Assembly: GCA_020724465.1 (NCBI GenBank)
Contig: DYGX01000006.1
Span: 67,603-131,602 of the forward strand
Reading direction: 5' to 3'
From: Thermoflexus sp.
Lineage (GTDB): Bacteria > Chloroflexota > Anaerolineae > Aggregatilineales > Aggregatilineaceae
DNA length: 64,000 nucleotides
Under the pieces are notes generated by a model. That model ran no database searches. It had not been told where the DNA came from and saw nothing but the letters and a program-made list of their open reading frames with translations. Positions 27,714 to 36,323 of this stretch are shown piece by piece. Position numbers and translations under genes: made by a program. The first letter of the stretch is position 1. Every line of letters starts with the position of its first letter.

Positions 27714-27778
27714 TGCGCTCTCCGCCCCATCGATTGCCCGCCCCGGCCCGTGCCGGGGTGTTTTTTCGCCGCGGACGC

Positions 27779-29293
27779 TCAGCCGGAGCGCGGGCTGGCG
27801 GCGCGCTCTACCGGGTGCAGGCGGCGCCAATGGATCCGGAAGGCGACTGCCGCCAGCACTACTGCCGCCGCGATGACCAGCGCGGCGGCCCCAAAAGCGC
27901 GCTCGATCCCCGCCACGATGGCCCAGGGCGGCGCCTCGCTCACGTCCACCCCGTCCGGCAGATTCGCCACCGACAGGACCCGGCTGGCAAACAGCGCGCC
28001 CATCAGCGGGATCCCGGTCACCTGCCCCATCGTGCGCGAGAGCGACAGCAACCCGGACGCCATCCCCAGCCGCTCGCGCGGGGCGAGGCCCATGATCGCG
28101 CTGTTGTTGGGGGACTGGAACAAGCCCGCGCCCAACCCCAACGGCAGCAGGCGCGCGATATAGCCCACGGTCGACGTGTCTGTGTCCAGCGAGGCGATCG
28201 ACAGGCAGGCGCCCACGACGATCACCAGCCCGATCAGCGAGATCCCGCGCGATCCGTAGCGGTCCGACAGCGCCCCGGCAACGGGAGCCGTCACGCCCAG
28301 CGCGGCCGGAACGACCACCAGGAACAGGCCGACGTGCTGCGGATCGTAGCCCTTGACCCGCTCCAGGTAGAAGGGCATCACAAACAGGCCCGCGATGACA
28401 ATGAACACCAGAAAGCCGGTGAGCAGGCTGATGCTGAACAGCGAATCGCGGAACAGGCGCAGGTCCACCATCGGCTGGCTCAGCCGTGTCTCGACCAGCA
28501 GGAAGACGACAAACCCCACCCCGGCGCCGCTCAGCAGCGCCGTGATCGTCGGGCTGTCCCAGCCCTGCGTCGGGCCGAAGGTCAGGCCGAGCGCCAGGCA
28601 CACCAGCGTGCCAAAGAGCAGCGCCGCGCCCGTCATGTCGAAACGCTGCCCGCCGGGCGGCCGCCAGTCCGGAATGTAGCGCCGCGCCAGCAGCAGGCCG
28701 GCGATCCCCACCGGCAGATTGACCAGGAAGATCGCGCGCCAGCCGACCGTGCCGATCAGCAGGCCGCCCAGCGTCGGGCCGATGCTGATCCCGATCGACA
28801 CGATCGTCCCTGTGATGCCCAGGGCGCGCCCGCGCTCCGACGCGGGAAACGCCTCGGTGACGATCGCCATGCCCAGCGCCTGCATCATCACCGCGCCCAG
28901 ACCCTGAAAGGCGCGGAAGCCGATCAGAAACCCGACCGTCGGCGCGATCCCGCACAGCAGCGACCCCAGCGTGAAGACCGCCATGCCGGTCAGGTAGATG
29001 CGCTTCTTGCCGATCATGTCGGCCAGGCGCGCCACACCGAGCATCAAGGACGTGACGACCAGCAGATAGCTGATGACGACCCACTGCACCGTGGCGAACG
29101 AGGTGTCGAACGCCTCTTCGAGCGTGGGCAGCGACACGTTGACGATGCTGCTATCGATGGTTGAGAGGAACACGCCCATCGCCACGCTGAGCATGACCCA
29201 CCATTTCTGCGAGGTGTCGGCAGCCGGCCCGGCCAGTCGCGGCGCTTCAGGTGGATGGTAAGGCATCGGCAACTCGTGTAAAAACTGTGTCAC
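27779..29293 (-). CDS. MFS transporter, DHA2 (EmrB/QacA-like, 14-TMS) drug:H+ antiporter type
   Basis: WWVMLSVAMGVFLSTIDSSIVNVSLPT, LADMIGKKRIYL and the length are all typical of DHA2. The start may instead be 29266. Confidence 0.85.
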   Translation of the reverse strand: MTQFLHELPMPYHPPEAPRLAGPAADTSQKWWVMLSVAMGVFLSTIDSSIVNVSLPTLEEAFDTSFATVQWVVISYLLVVTSLMLGVARLADMIGKKRIYLTGMAVFTLGSLLCGIAPTVGFLIGFRAFQGLGAVMMQALGMAIVTEAFPASERGRALGITGTIVSIGISIGPTLGGLLIGTVGWRAIFLVNLPVGIAGLLLARRYIPDWRPPGGQRFDMTGAALLFGTLVCLALGLTFGPTQGWDSPTITALLSGAGVGFVVFLLVETRLSQPMVDLRLFRDSLFSISLLTGFLVFIVIAGLFVMPFYLERVKGYDPQHVGLFLVVVPAALGVTAPVAGALSDRYGSRGISLIGLVIVVGACLSIASLDTDTSTVGYIARLLPLGLGAGLFQSPNNSAIMGLAPRERLGMASGLLSLSRTMGQVTGIPLMGALFASRVLSVANLPDGVDVSEAPPWAIVAGIERAFGAAALVIAAAVVLAAVAFRIHWRRLHPVERAASPRSG

Positions 29294-29387
29294 AATGAAT
29301 GGCGCGCAAAATCAGGCTGGCCAAGTATACCGTAGCTCTATACAATCGGGGACCGGTCTGACACTCGTGGAAAGGGATCGACTCTGC

Positions 29388-30371
29388 ATGAAGATTCGCT
29401 ACACGCTAGACGACACCGCCGCGCGCATCCCTCTGAGCATCCGCAGCAGCGACGGCGTCTGGGATCGCAGCGCCGATCTCCGCAACGCCCCCAGTGTGCG
29501 CCTGGTCGAGCTGACCACCCAGCACATGCTCAACACCGGCCTGTCGCTGGTCGAAGAGCTGGCGTACTACTTCGAGCAGGGCGCGCCCAGCGAGTCCGAC
29601 CCCTACGCGCTGGGGCAGTGCTATGAAAACCGCGACCGCCTGCAAGATTTGCTGAGCGACCTGCACAACCAGCCGCCGGACGAGTTGATCGCGCTGCACG
29701 AGATTGAGGCGCTGTTCCCCGAAAGCTACGACAGAACCATCCCGTTCTCGCTGGCGCTGACGGTGGTCGGCATGCCGGCCTTCGGCTATGTGCGTACCTT
29801 CAGCGACGCCGAGGGCGAGCAGTTCCACGGGCTGATCGTCAATCTGGCGCAGGCGCACCACCATCTCGAGGAACGCTTCGGCCAGTTCTCGCTGGCGCTG
29901 CTGGTCGATACCATCCGCGACGGCTTCTTCAACCACGAAGCCTTCCGCATCATCTATCACGAATTCATCACGGACTCCGGGCGCTCGCTCAACCGCCCGG
30001 TTGACCGTCTGAAAAACACGCTGCTCAGCCGGGGGATCGCCTGGTATCTTAGCTACCGCCGCGATCTCGCCTTCTACGACGAGATCCTGGGGCTGAACAT
30101 CATCCCCTTAGACGAGCACGCCGCCGCCTGGAACCGGATGATCGACTCCGCGCGGCGCAAAGCGACCAGCGATCAACTCGTTGAAGACTGGCTGGACGTG
30201 CCCGAGACGCGCCACCCCGGCGAGTCGTGCATCGACATCGTGGGCTACTTCGCCGCCCGCGCCATCGCCGAGCAGCACGGGATCGCCGGGCTGCGCGAGG
30301 CGATCACAGCCGGGCCGGATCACTTCATCGCGCTCTATAACGCGCTCGGCCAGCACCAGCTTCAGCGCTGA
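29388..30371 (+). CDS. hypothetical protein (no family recognised)
   Basis: Clean ORF with balanced composition. ATG 29388 (MKIRYTLDD). Divergent from the MFS gene. Confidence 0.5.
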   Translation: MKIRYTLDDTAARIPLSIRSSDGVWDRSADLRNAPSVRLVELTTQHMLNTGLSLVEELAYYFEQGAPSESDPYALGQCYENRDRLQDLLSDLHNQPPDELIALHEIEALFPESYDRTIPFSLALTVVGMPAFGYVRTFSDAEGEQFHGLIVNLAQAHHHLEERFGQFSLALLVDTIRDGFFNHEAFRIIYHEFITDSGRSLNRPVDRLKNTLLSRGIAWYLSYRRDLAFYDEILGLNIIPLDEHAAAWNRMIDSARRKATSDQLVEDWLDVPETRHPGESCIDIVGYFAARAIAEQHGIAGLREAITAGPDHFIALYNALGQHQLQR

Positions 30372-30398
30372 TCCGGCAGCATCCATCGACGGCGACAG

Positions 30399-30436
30399 AA
30401 AGACAAACGGGGCAGCCTGTTCATAGGCCGCCCCGC
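30399..30436 (-). terminator. rho-independent terminator for the minus-strand gene ending at 30459
   Basis: On the minus strand: CGGGGCGGCC TATGAAC AGGCTGCCCCG followed by TTTGTCTTT. Confidence 0.6.
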
Positions 30437-30458
30437 TGCCATCTCGATCAGGCGGCGG

Positions 30459-31364
30459 TTAGCTCGCGCCTACCGTGATATCGCCCACGCTGGTGCGCAG
30501 CTCGATCACGGGCGCCGTCCCGCTGCCGGAGCCAACCGTCCCGCGCCAGGCCTGGCGGGTCGCGTCGCGCCGCTCTTCGCGCACCGTGGTATCGAGCGTG
30601 GCATCCATCGTGACATTCCCAACACCCGTCTCGGCGTCAATCTGGGCGTATAGGTCGCCGGGCACATACAGCCGGAGTGCGCCCACATCCACCTTCATTC
30701 GCGAATCACTCAGGCTTTCATCCAGCGCCCCATTGAACACGATGTCTCCCACATTGAGCTGCGCATCAATATGGCCGACACGCACGCCGCGCTCGACGCG
30801 CAGCGATCCCACCCCGCCGTTCACGACCAGATCGAAGACGACGTCATCCGGCACGCTGATCGTCAGATCGACTTCCGAGGCGCGACCGAAGGACAGAGTC
30901 CCCCCCAGACGTTCGGTCGTCAGCGCGATCGTGCCGCCGCTGCGTTCTTCCAGGCGCACGTTGATGTCGTCCAGGTAGCTGCGCGCCTGTCCCTGGCTGA
31001 TCCCGCGCGCCACCTTCCGGTACTCGACCGCGATCTCGCCCGCTGCCCCGGTGGTGATCATGATGTCGCCCACCTCGTTCTCGATCCGGAAGGTCACATC
31101 CGTCGCATCCGGTTCCAGGGCGAGCTGCGTCGTGCTGAGTTCGGTCACCTCGCTGCTTTCGACAATCGTGCTGACCACAACGCTGCCGGCTCCAAAAAGC
31201 ACCAGCGGCAGGATCAGGCACGCGCAGCAGACCAGCAGACACCCGCCCAACACAAACCAGGGCCAGCGACGGCGGCGCGGCGGTTCGGGTTCCAGGTAGT
31301 ACTCGTCGTTTTTCTTCTTCTTTTCCGGCTCAACCCACTCAGAATCGGGGCGCTCGGGTTCCAT
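30459..31364 (-). CDS. membrane-anchored DUF4097-like (putative adhesin / beta-helix) protein
   Basis: Charged N-terminus and TM helix WFVLGGCLLVCCACLILPLVLFG. Repetitive beta-strand region with GDI(T/V/M) motifs ending VGDITVGA. Confidence 0.55.
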   Translation of the reverse strand: MEPERPDSEWVEPEKKKKNDEYYLEPEPPRRRRWPWFVLGGCLLVCCACLILPLVLFGAGSVVVSTIVESSEVTELSTTQLALEPDATDVTFRIENEVGDIMITTGAAGEIAVEYRKVARGISQGQARSYLDDINVRLEERSGGTIALTTERLGGTLSFGRASEVDLTISVPDDVVFDLVVNGGVGSLRVERGVRVGHIDAQLNVGDIVFNGALDESLSDSRMKVDVGALRLYVPGDLYAQIDAETGVGNVTMDATLDTTVREERRDATRQAWRGTVGSGSGTAPVIELRTSVGDITVGAS

Positions 31365-31493
31365 CGCGATTGACTCCCGGCCATATGGCACAGATGGGCC
31401 TGTCCTGTTCGCAAAACAGGATCGGCGGTCACGAAAGTATACGCACACCGGCGTGGGGCGTTGCGTCGCATGCCAGCCGGGGAATCGGCCCGT

Positions 31494-32045
31494 TCAGTCA
31501 GCAGAGGGGGCGACCGCGCCTTCCTCTTCGGCGGCCAGCGCGGCGGTGCAGGCCGCGCAATAGCCCGTGAAGCAGGAATGGGCCGAGATGATCGTCACGC
31601 CCAGAGCAGTCGTGACTTCCTCGCGAAAGGCGTCCACGATGTCCGGCTCGACGGGCACTTCTTTGCCGCAGCGTTTGCACGTCAGCGTGTACCGCTCGTA
31701 GACCGAGCGAAAGCGGTATTCTTCGCGGCTCTGGTCCTCGCCCACGTTGCGCCCGTCAACCAGCCGCATTTCCTTGAACAACGCCAGCGTGCGGTAGACT
31801 GTCGCCAGGCTGAGCGCCACCCCGCGCTGGTTGGCCTGGCGGTGCAGCGCCTCGGCGCTGAGATAACGCCGCTGGCTGCGCAGCACGTCCAGCAGCGCGC
31901 GCCGCTGGCTGGTGATGCGATGCCCCGCCCGCCGGAAGGCATCGAGGATGGCGGCCTCTTCGCGGTCGTTTGCATCGGCGGCCCCGGCGGTCAGGTCGGC
32001 AACCGGCACAAATCCGGACGAAGGACGGTCAGGCTGGGAGTCCAT
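31494..32045 (-). CDS. fur: Fur-family metalloregulator
   Basis: RITSQRRALLDVL, LATVYRTLALFKE, and CKRCG plus C-terminal CxxC pairs. Confidence 0.85.
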   Translation of the reverse strand: MDSQPDRPSSGFVPVADLTAGAADANDREEAAILDAFRRAGHRITSQRRALLDVLRSQRRYLSAEALHRQANQRGVALSLATVYRTLALFKEMRLVDGRNVGEDQSREEYRFRSVYERYTLTCKRCGKEVPVEPDIVDAFREEVTTALGVTIISAHSCFTGYCAACTAALAAEEEGAVAPSAD

Positions 32046-32157
32046 GGAATATCCTTACTGCCTACCCGGAGATTCGCTGCAATTATGACACAGACTCACC
32101 CCGCCCGTAAACCGCTGCGGCCTGGCGGTGCAGAATCGCAAAGAAATTTTCCAAAAT

Positions 32158-32177
32158 AATCTAAATTTCTATAGATT
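32158..32177. promoter_or_regulatory. candidate Fur-box-like inverted repeat AATCTA-N8-TAGATT in an AT-rich divergent promoter region
   Basis: Lies within the AT-rich stretch 32133-32205 between fur and the iron ABC operon. A nearby GATTGTGATATTG partly resembles Fur-box half sites. Confidence 0.4.
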
Positions 32178-32277
32178 TTCGCAGATTGTGATATTGCCGG
32201 TCGTCTGCCCGGTCGGTAGAATGGTGCCGTGTTGTGGCTTGCTGTTTACACGCTTTCAGTCAAGGAGACACATTGGC

Positions 32278-33210
32278 ATGAAGACATCCTTTTCCCTGCG
32301 TCACGGCCTGATCGGGCTGCTGGCCCTCGCGCTGGTGCTGACGCTCGGCGTTCCGGCAGCGCTCGCTCAGGACGATGGGCCGCGCACGCTGACCGATGCG
32401 CTGCGCCGCGAGGTGACGCTCGATGCTCCGCCGCAGCGCGTCGTGGGCCTGAGCGCGTCCATCATCGACATGCTGTTCGCGTTGGGGGTCACCCCGGTCG
32501 GCGTGACGGAAGGCATCGAGCATCCCGCCGCCGCCGGACTCCCCACCTTTGGCACCGGCTACCAGCTCGATCTGGAGGCCCTGGCGGCGCTTGAGCCGGA
32601 CCTGATTTTCGCCAACGCGCAGCTTCAGGCGCAACTGGCCGACCAGCTCAGCGGCATTGCGCCGACGATCTACGTGCTGACCCTGACCGCGGACGACGTG
32701 CCCGCCAACGTCCGCCTGATCGGCGAGGCTACCTGGAAGGACAACACCGCCGAGGCGCTGGCGAAGGCGTATGAGGACTTCCTGGCGTTTGTGCCGGTCG
32801 CTGCGGCGGGGCATGAGGGTCCCTCGGTTTTGATCATCGTTGGCACGCTTGACATGCCGAACTTCGGCAAAAGCTCGACCTACCTGGGCGATATGGTGGT
32901 CAAGCTCGGCGGGACGGTGGTCGGCGATGACCAGCCGGATGCCGGCCCCTTCCCCGGCTATGCGCAGCTCAGCGTCGAGGCCGTGGTAGAAGCCGATCCG
33001 GACATGATCCTGACCATCACGCGCGGCGCGCCCGGCACCCCGCCCATCCCTGAGGCGATGGCGGCGGACCCGATCTGGTCGTCGCTGAGCGCGTTCGAGA
33101 ACGGCCGCGTGTACGAGCTGGACAATCGCCTCTACGTCGAGGCGCCCGGTCCGCGCTTCACCGAGGCCTTGACGAACCTGTTTAGCCTGTTCTACGGCGG
33201 GGAGAACTAG
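32278..33210 (+). CDS. iron-siderophore/cobalamin-type ABC substrate-binding protein (FecB/FhuD-like)
   Basis: Signal peptide LLALALVLTLGVPAALAQ. Also has RVVGLSASIIDMLFALG and EPDLIFA. First gene of the ABC operon. Confidence 0.8.
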   Translation: MKTSFSLRHGLIGLLALALVLTLGVPAALAQDDGPRTLTDALRREVTLDAPPQRVVGLSASIIDMLFALGVTPVGVTEGIEHPAAAGLPTFGTGYQLDLEALAALEPDLIFANAQLQAQLADQLSGIAPTIYVLTLTADDVPANVRLIGEATWKDNTAEALAKAYEDFLAFVPVAAAGHEGPSVLIIVGTLDMPNFGKSSTYLGDMVVKLGGTVVGDDQPDAGPFPGYAQLSVEAVVEADPDMILTITRGAPGTPPIPEAMAADPIWSSLSAFENGRVYELDNRLYVEAPGPRFTEALTNLFSLFYGGEN

Positions 33211-34289
33211 TGCGCAATCTGGCACCAGCCAGCCCGATCGTTTCGATCCAGTACGCAGGCCAGGCGCGGTGGCGCCTGGCCTGGCGTGCGCTGGTGATGG
33301 GACTGAGCGCGCTGCTGCTGCTGGCCGGGGTTGTCTACTCGTTGGGCAGCGGCTCGGTCAGCATCCCCAGCCGCGACGTGATCGCCGCGTTGCAAGATCG
33401 GGAAAGCGTCAGCCGTATGACCGGCATCATCGTCCACGAGGTGCGCCTGCCTCGCGTGCTGGTCGGCCTGCTGGTCGGGATCAATCTGGGCGTGTCGGGC
33501 ACGCTGTTGCAGGGCGTGGTGCGCTCGCCCCTGGCGGACCCGTACATCCTGGGCGTATCGGCGGGCGGCGGGCTGGCTGCCGCGCTGACCTCGCTGATGA
33601 TCCCCGGCTTCCCGCCGGGCGCGGTGCCGGCGGCAGCCTTCGTCGGCGCGCTGCTCGGCGCGCTGGTGGTCTACGCCGTCGCCTGGGATGGCACCGGCGT
33701 CACGACCACGCGGCTGGCGCTGGCAGGCGTGGCACTGACCACCATGCTCGGCGCCTTTACCACAACGGTCGTCGTCATGACGGTCGAGGTCGGCGCGCAG
33801 ACGGTGTTTCAATGGCTGGTGGGCGGCCTGTACACGGTTGGCTGGAAAGAATACCGGCTGATCGCGCCGTACAGCGCCGCCGGGGTGGTGCTGGCGATGC
33901 TGCTCGCCGGGCGGGCGAACATCCTGGCGCTGGGCGACGACGTGGCGCAGGGGCTTGGCCTGCGCGTCGAGCAGACCCGCTTCATGATGAGCGCCGTCGC
34001 CGCCATCCTGGCGGGCAGTTCGGTTGCGGTGGCCGGGCTGGTGGCGTTCGTGGGACTGCTGGTTCCCAATGTCGCACGCCGGCTGGTAGGGTCGGACTTC
34101 CGCTTCCTGATCCCGACGAGCCTGCTGCTGGGCGGCGCGCTGATGGTCTGGGCGGACGCCGCCGCGCGCGTCACCTTCCCAACGCTGCTCGGCAACCCGA
34201 ACATCGAGTTTCCGGTCGGCATTGTGACGGCGGTAATCGGCGGGCCGTTGTTCCTGTGGCTGGTGCGCGCACGCCGCAGCCAGTGGTAA
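33210..34289 (+). CDS. FecCD-family iron-chelate ABC permease
   Basis: RLPRVLVGLLVGINLGVSGTLLQGVVRSPLADPYILGVSAG is the FecCD signature region. GTG overlaps the upstream stop. Confidence 0.9.
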   Translation: MRNLAPASPIVSIQYAGQARWRLAWRALVMGLSALLLLAGVVYSLGSGSVSIPSRDVIAALQDRESVSRMTGIIVHEVRLPRVLVGLLVGINLGVSGTLLQGVVRSPLADPYILGVSAGGGLAAALTSLMIPGFPPGAVPAAAFVGALLGALVVYAVAWDGTGVTTTRLALAGVALTTMLGAFTTTVVVMTVEVGAQTVFQWLVGGLYTVGWKEYRLIAPYSAAGVVLAMLLAGRANILALGDDVAQGLGLRVEQTRFMMSAVAAILAGSSVAVAGLVAFVGLLVPNVARRLVGSDFRFLIPTSLLLGGALMVWADAAARVTFPTLLGNPNIEFPVGIVTAVIGGPLFLWLVRARRSQW

Positions 34290-34330
34290 GCGCCCGCACG
34301 GGCATCGCAGACGAGAAGGGTTTCGACGCC

Positions 34331-35218
34331 ATGCCGATTCTTCAGGCAGACCGTCTCACACTGAGCTACCGGCGCGGCAGCCCGGTGGTGCGCGATCTGT
34401 CGCTGGCCATCGAACCGGGCGAGATCGCGGCGCTGGTCGGCCCCAACGGCTCGGGGAAAAGCACCCTGCTGCGCGCGCTGGCGCGGCTGATGCGCCCGCA
34501 AAGCGGCACGGTCTATCTCGACGGGCGCCCGATTCACCGCCAGCCCGCGCGCAAAGTGGCGCAGCAGCTTGCCATCCTGCCCCAAAACCCGACCGCGCCC
34601 GAAGACCTGACCGTGCGCGACCTGGTGGCGCGCGGGCGCTTCGCCCGTCAGGCGTGGTGGCGCCCGGCCAGCCAGCGCGATCAGGCGGTGATCGACTGGG
34701 CGCTGGATGTCACCGGACTGGCCGGGTTGGCTACGCGGCAGTTGAGCACGCTCTCCGGCGGCGAGCGCCAGCGGGCGTGGATCGCGCTCGCGCTGGCTCA
34801 GGAACCGCGCGTCCTGCTGCTGGACGAGCCGACGACGTTCCTGGACATCAGCCACCAGCTTGAGATCATGGCCCTGCTGCAAACGCTCAACCGCGACAGC
34901 GGCCTGAGCATCGTGATGGTGCTGCACGATCTGAATCAGGCGGCGCGTTTCTGCCACCGCCTGATCGCCATCCGCGACGGACGGCTCTACGCCGCGGGCA
35001 CGCCCGACGAGGTGCTGACGGAAACCATGCTGTCCGAGGTGTTCCAGGTCGAGGGAGCAGTCGGGCGCGATCCGTTCACCGGAACGCCGATCTTCACCCC
35101 GCTCCAGTCGGTGCGGGGGCGAAACGGCTCCGAGGGGTCGCCCGATGCCGCATCAGCGGGCGCGCAGCACGCCGAGCGAATCCAGCAGGCGGGTAATTAC
35201 CACGCCGAACACCGTTAG
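34331..35218 (+). CDS. iron-chelate ABC transporter ATP-binding protein (FecE/FepC-like)
   Basis: Walker A GPNGSGKST, signature LSGGERQR, Walker B LLLDEPT. Only the last 296 codons of track ORF 33269..35218 are this gene. Confidence 0.85.
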   Translation: MPILQADRLTLSYRRGSPVVRDLSLAIEPGEIAALVGPNGSGKSTLLRALARLMRPQSGTVYLDGRPIHRQPARKVAQQLAILPQNPTAPEDLTVRDLVARGRFARQAWWRPASQRDQAVIDWALDVTGLAGLATRQLSTLSGGERQRAWIALALAQEPRVLLLDEPTTFLDISHQLEIMALLQTLNRDSGLSIVMVLHDLNQAARFCHRLIAIRDGRLYAAGTPDEVLTETMLSEVFQVEGAVGRDPFTGTPIFTPLQSVRGRNGSEGSPDAASAGAQHAERIQQAGNYHAEHR

Positions 35219-35455
35219 AAGTAGCGCCGCGCGCGCGATAGCGAACAGGCTGCCGATCAGATCGAAGAAGGGCTTGAAGATCATCAGCGCGCGCAGAATG
35301 AGCCGCAGCAGATCCTTCGGCACGTCAAAGACATTCTTCACGCCCGAAACCAGCGTGCGGGGCGCGAACAGCTCGCGCAGCAGCAGGATCAGCACAACAG
35401 CCATCAGCAGGGCGCGTCCCAGTTGCGGTTCCGTGCGTTGCGTGGTTGTGTTCAT
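35153..35455 (-). CDS. small hydrophobic membrane protein (about 100 aa), function unknown
   Basis: RBS GAGGTGG 3 nt (CGC) before ATG 35455. Two or three hydrophobic helices. TATAAT on the minus strand at 35502-35507. Its 3' end overlaps the ABC ATPase gene convergently. Confidence 0.5.
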   Translation of the reverse strand: MNTTTQRTEPQLGRALLMAVVLILLLRELFAPRTLVSGVKNVFDVPKDLLRLILRALMIFKPFFDLIGSLFAIARAALLLTVFGVVITRLLDSLGVLRAR

Positions 35456-35539
35456 GCGCCACCTCACCGTTACTCCATCCACGTTTCCCAACCCTATACT
35501 TATTATAGGCTGTTCGCACGTCCAACCGCCCAACGTTCC

Positions 35540-35573
35540 GCAAAACAACGAGGACACACCGGGTGTCCTCGTT
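35540..35573 (-). terminator. rho-independent terminator after the 60-aa gene
   Basis: Perfect 11-bp stem 35547-35557/35563-35573 with a 5-nt loop, followed on the minus strand by TTGTTTTG. Confidence 0.75.
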
Positions 35574-35604
35574 CTGCGGCAATGTCAGTCAGCTCGGCGC
35601 ACGC

Positions 35605-35787
35605 TCAGGCGCGCATCTTGCGGAACAGATACACCAGCCCGGCCACAATCGCGCCCAGCACCAGCACCGGCACCAGCGCCTTGAGAATCGCCAGGACAAT
35701 GCTCAGCACCACAATCGCCGCCAGCACGACGACGAACAGGATCATCACGTTCTTCACCAGGTCGTTATCCTTCATCCGAGCAGGCAT
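35605..35787 (-). CDS. 60-aa two-helix membrane protein, function unknown
   Basis: RBS AGGAGAG 6 nt (AACACG) before ATG 35787. MPARMKDNDLVKNVMILFVVVLAAIVVLSIVLAILKALVPVLVLGAIVAGLVYLFRKMRA. Has its own terminator. Confidence 0.6.
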   Translation of the reverse strand: MPARMKDNDLVKNVMILFVVVLAAIVVLSIVLAILKALVPVLVLGAIVAGLVYLFRKMRA

Positions 35788-35901
35788 CGTGTTCTCTCCT
35801 ACCGCGTCTCGCCAGGTCTCACTACCTAGTACGCGGGACGGGCGGCGGGGTTGCACGGGCAGGGTAAAATCGAACGCAAAAACCGAGCAGGAGAGGATCA
35901 C

Positions 35902-36204
35902 ATGGACCCCAACCGGATCGTCAACATCGGAGTCGAGGTGCTGCCGCTGACCGACGACGCGCTGCCCCAGGTGGACCGCGCCATCGAAGCGATTATCGCC
36001 AGCGGGCTGCGCTACGAGGTCGGGCCGCTGGAAACCACCATCGAGGGGCCGTTCGAGGCCGCCTGGGAGGCGGCCAAGCAGGCGCACCTGGCGGCGGTCA
36101 GCTCCGGCAACGCGCCGGTCGTCACGCTGATCAAGATATCGGATGCACCCGGCGGCAGCATGACCATCGAGGAGAAAACCGCCAAGTGGCGCAAGGGCGC
36201 GTGA
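35902..36204 (+). CDS. MTH1187/YkoF-like (DUF77) thiamine-binding family protein
   Basis: VEVLPLTDDALPQVDRAIEAIIASGLRYEVGPLETTIEG matches the family pattern. RBS GGAGAGGA precedes the start. Confidence 0.75.
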   Translation: MDPNRIVNIGVEVLPLTDDALPQVDRAIEAIIASGLRYEVGPLETTIEGPFEAAWEAAKQAHLAAVSSGNAPVVTLIKISDAPGGSMTIEEKTAKWRKGA

Positions 36205-36207
36205 TGC

Positions 36208-36323
36208 GCCCCTCATCCCCCGGCCCCTTGTCCCTCGCACGCGGGGAGAAGAGGAGCACACAGCGGCCCAAGCCCCTCTCCCCGCGACACCGTCGCAGAG
36301 GGAGAGGGGTTTGGGGTGAGAGG
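36208..36323. repeat. intergenic dual-hairpin repeat, copy B
   Basis: Fills the whole gap between convergent stops 36204 and 36324. Core 36271-36320 is identical to 5836-5885. Confidence 0.85.

Noticed and set aside
33269-34330. N-terminal 354 codons of track ORF 33269..35218 (649 aa)
   Set aside because: This part is an out-of-frame read-through of the FecCD permease gene (Arg/Gly/Ala-rich). The real ABC ATPase starts at ATG 34331 (MPILQADRLTLSY, Walker A shortly after).
35145-35950. Plus-strand ORFs 35145-35684 and 35423-35950 overlapping the small membrane protein genes
   Set aside because: They are Ser/Arg/Thr/Ala-rich low-complexity translations without RBS. The minus-strand small ORFs have RBSs, hydrophobic helices and a dedicated terminator.
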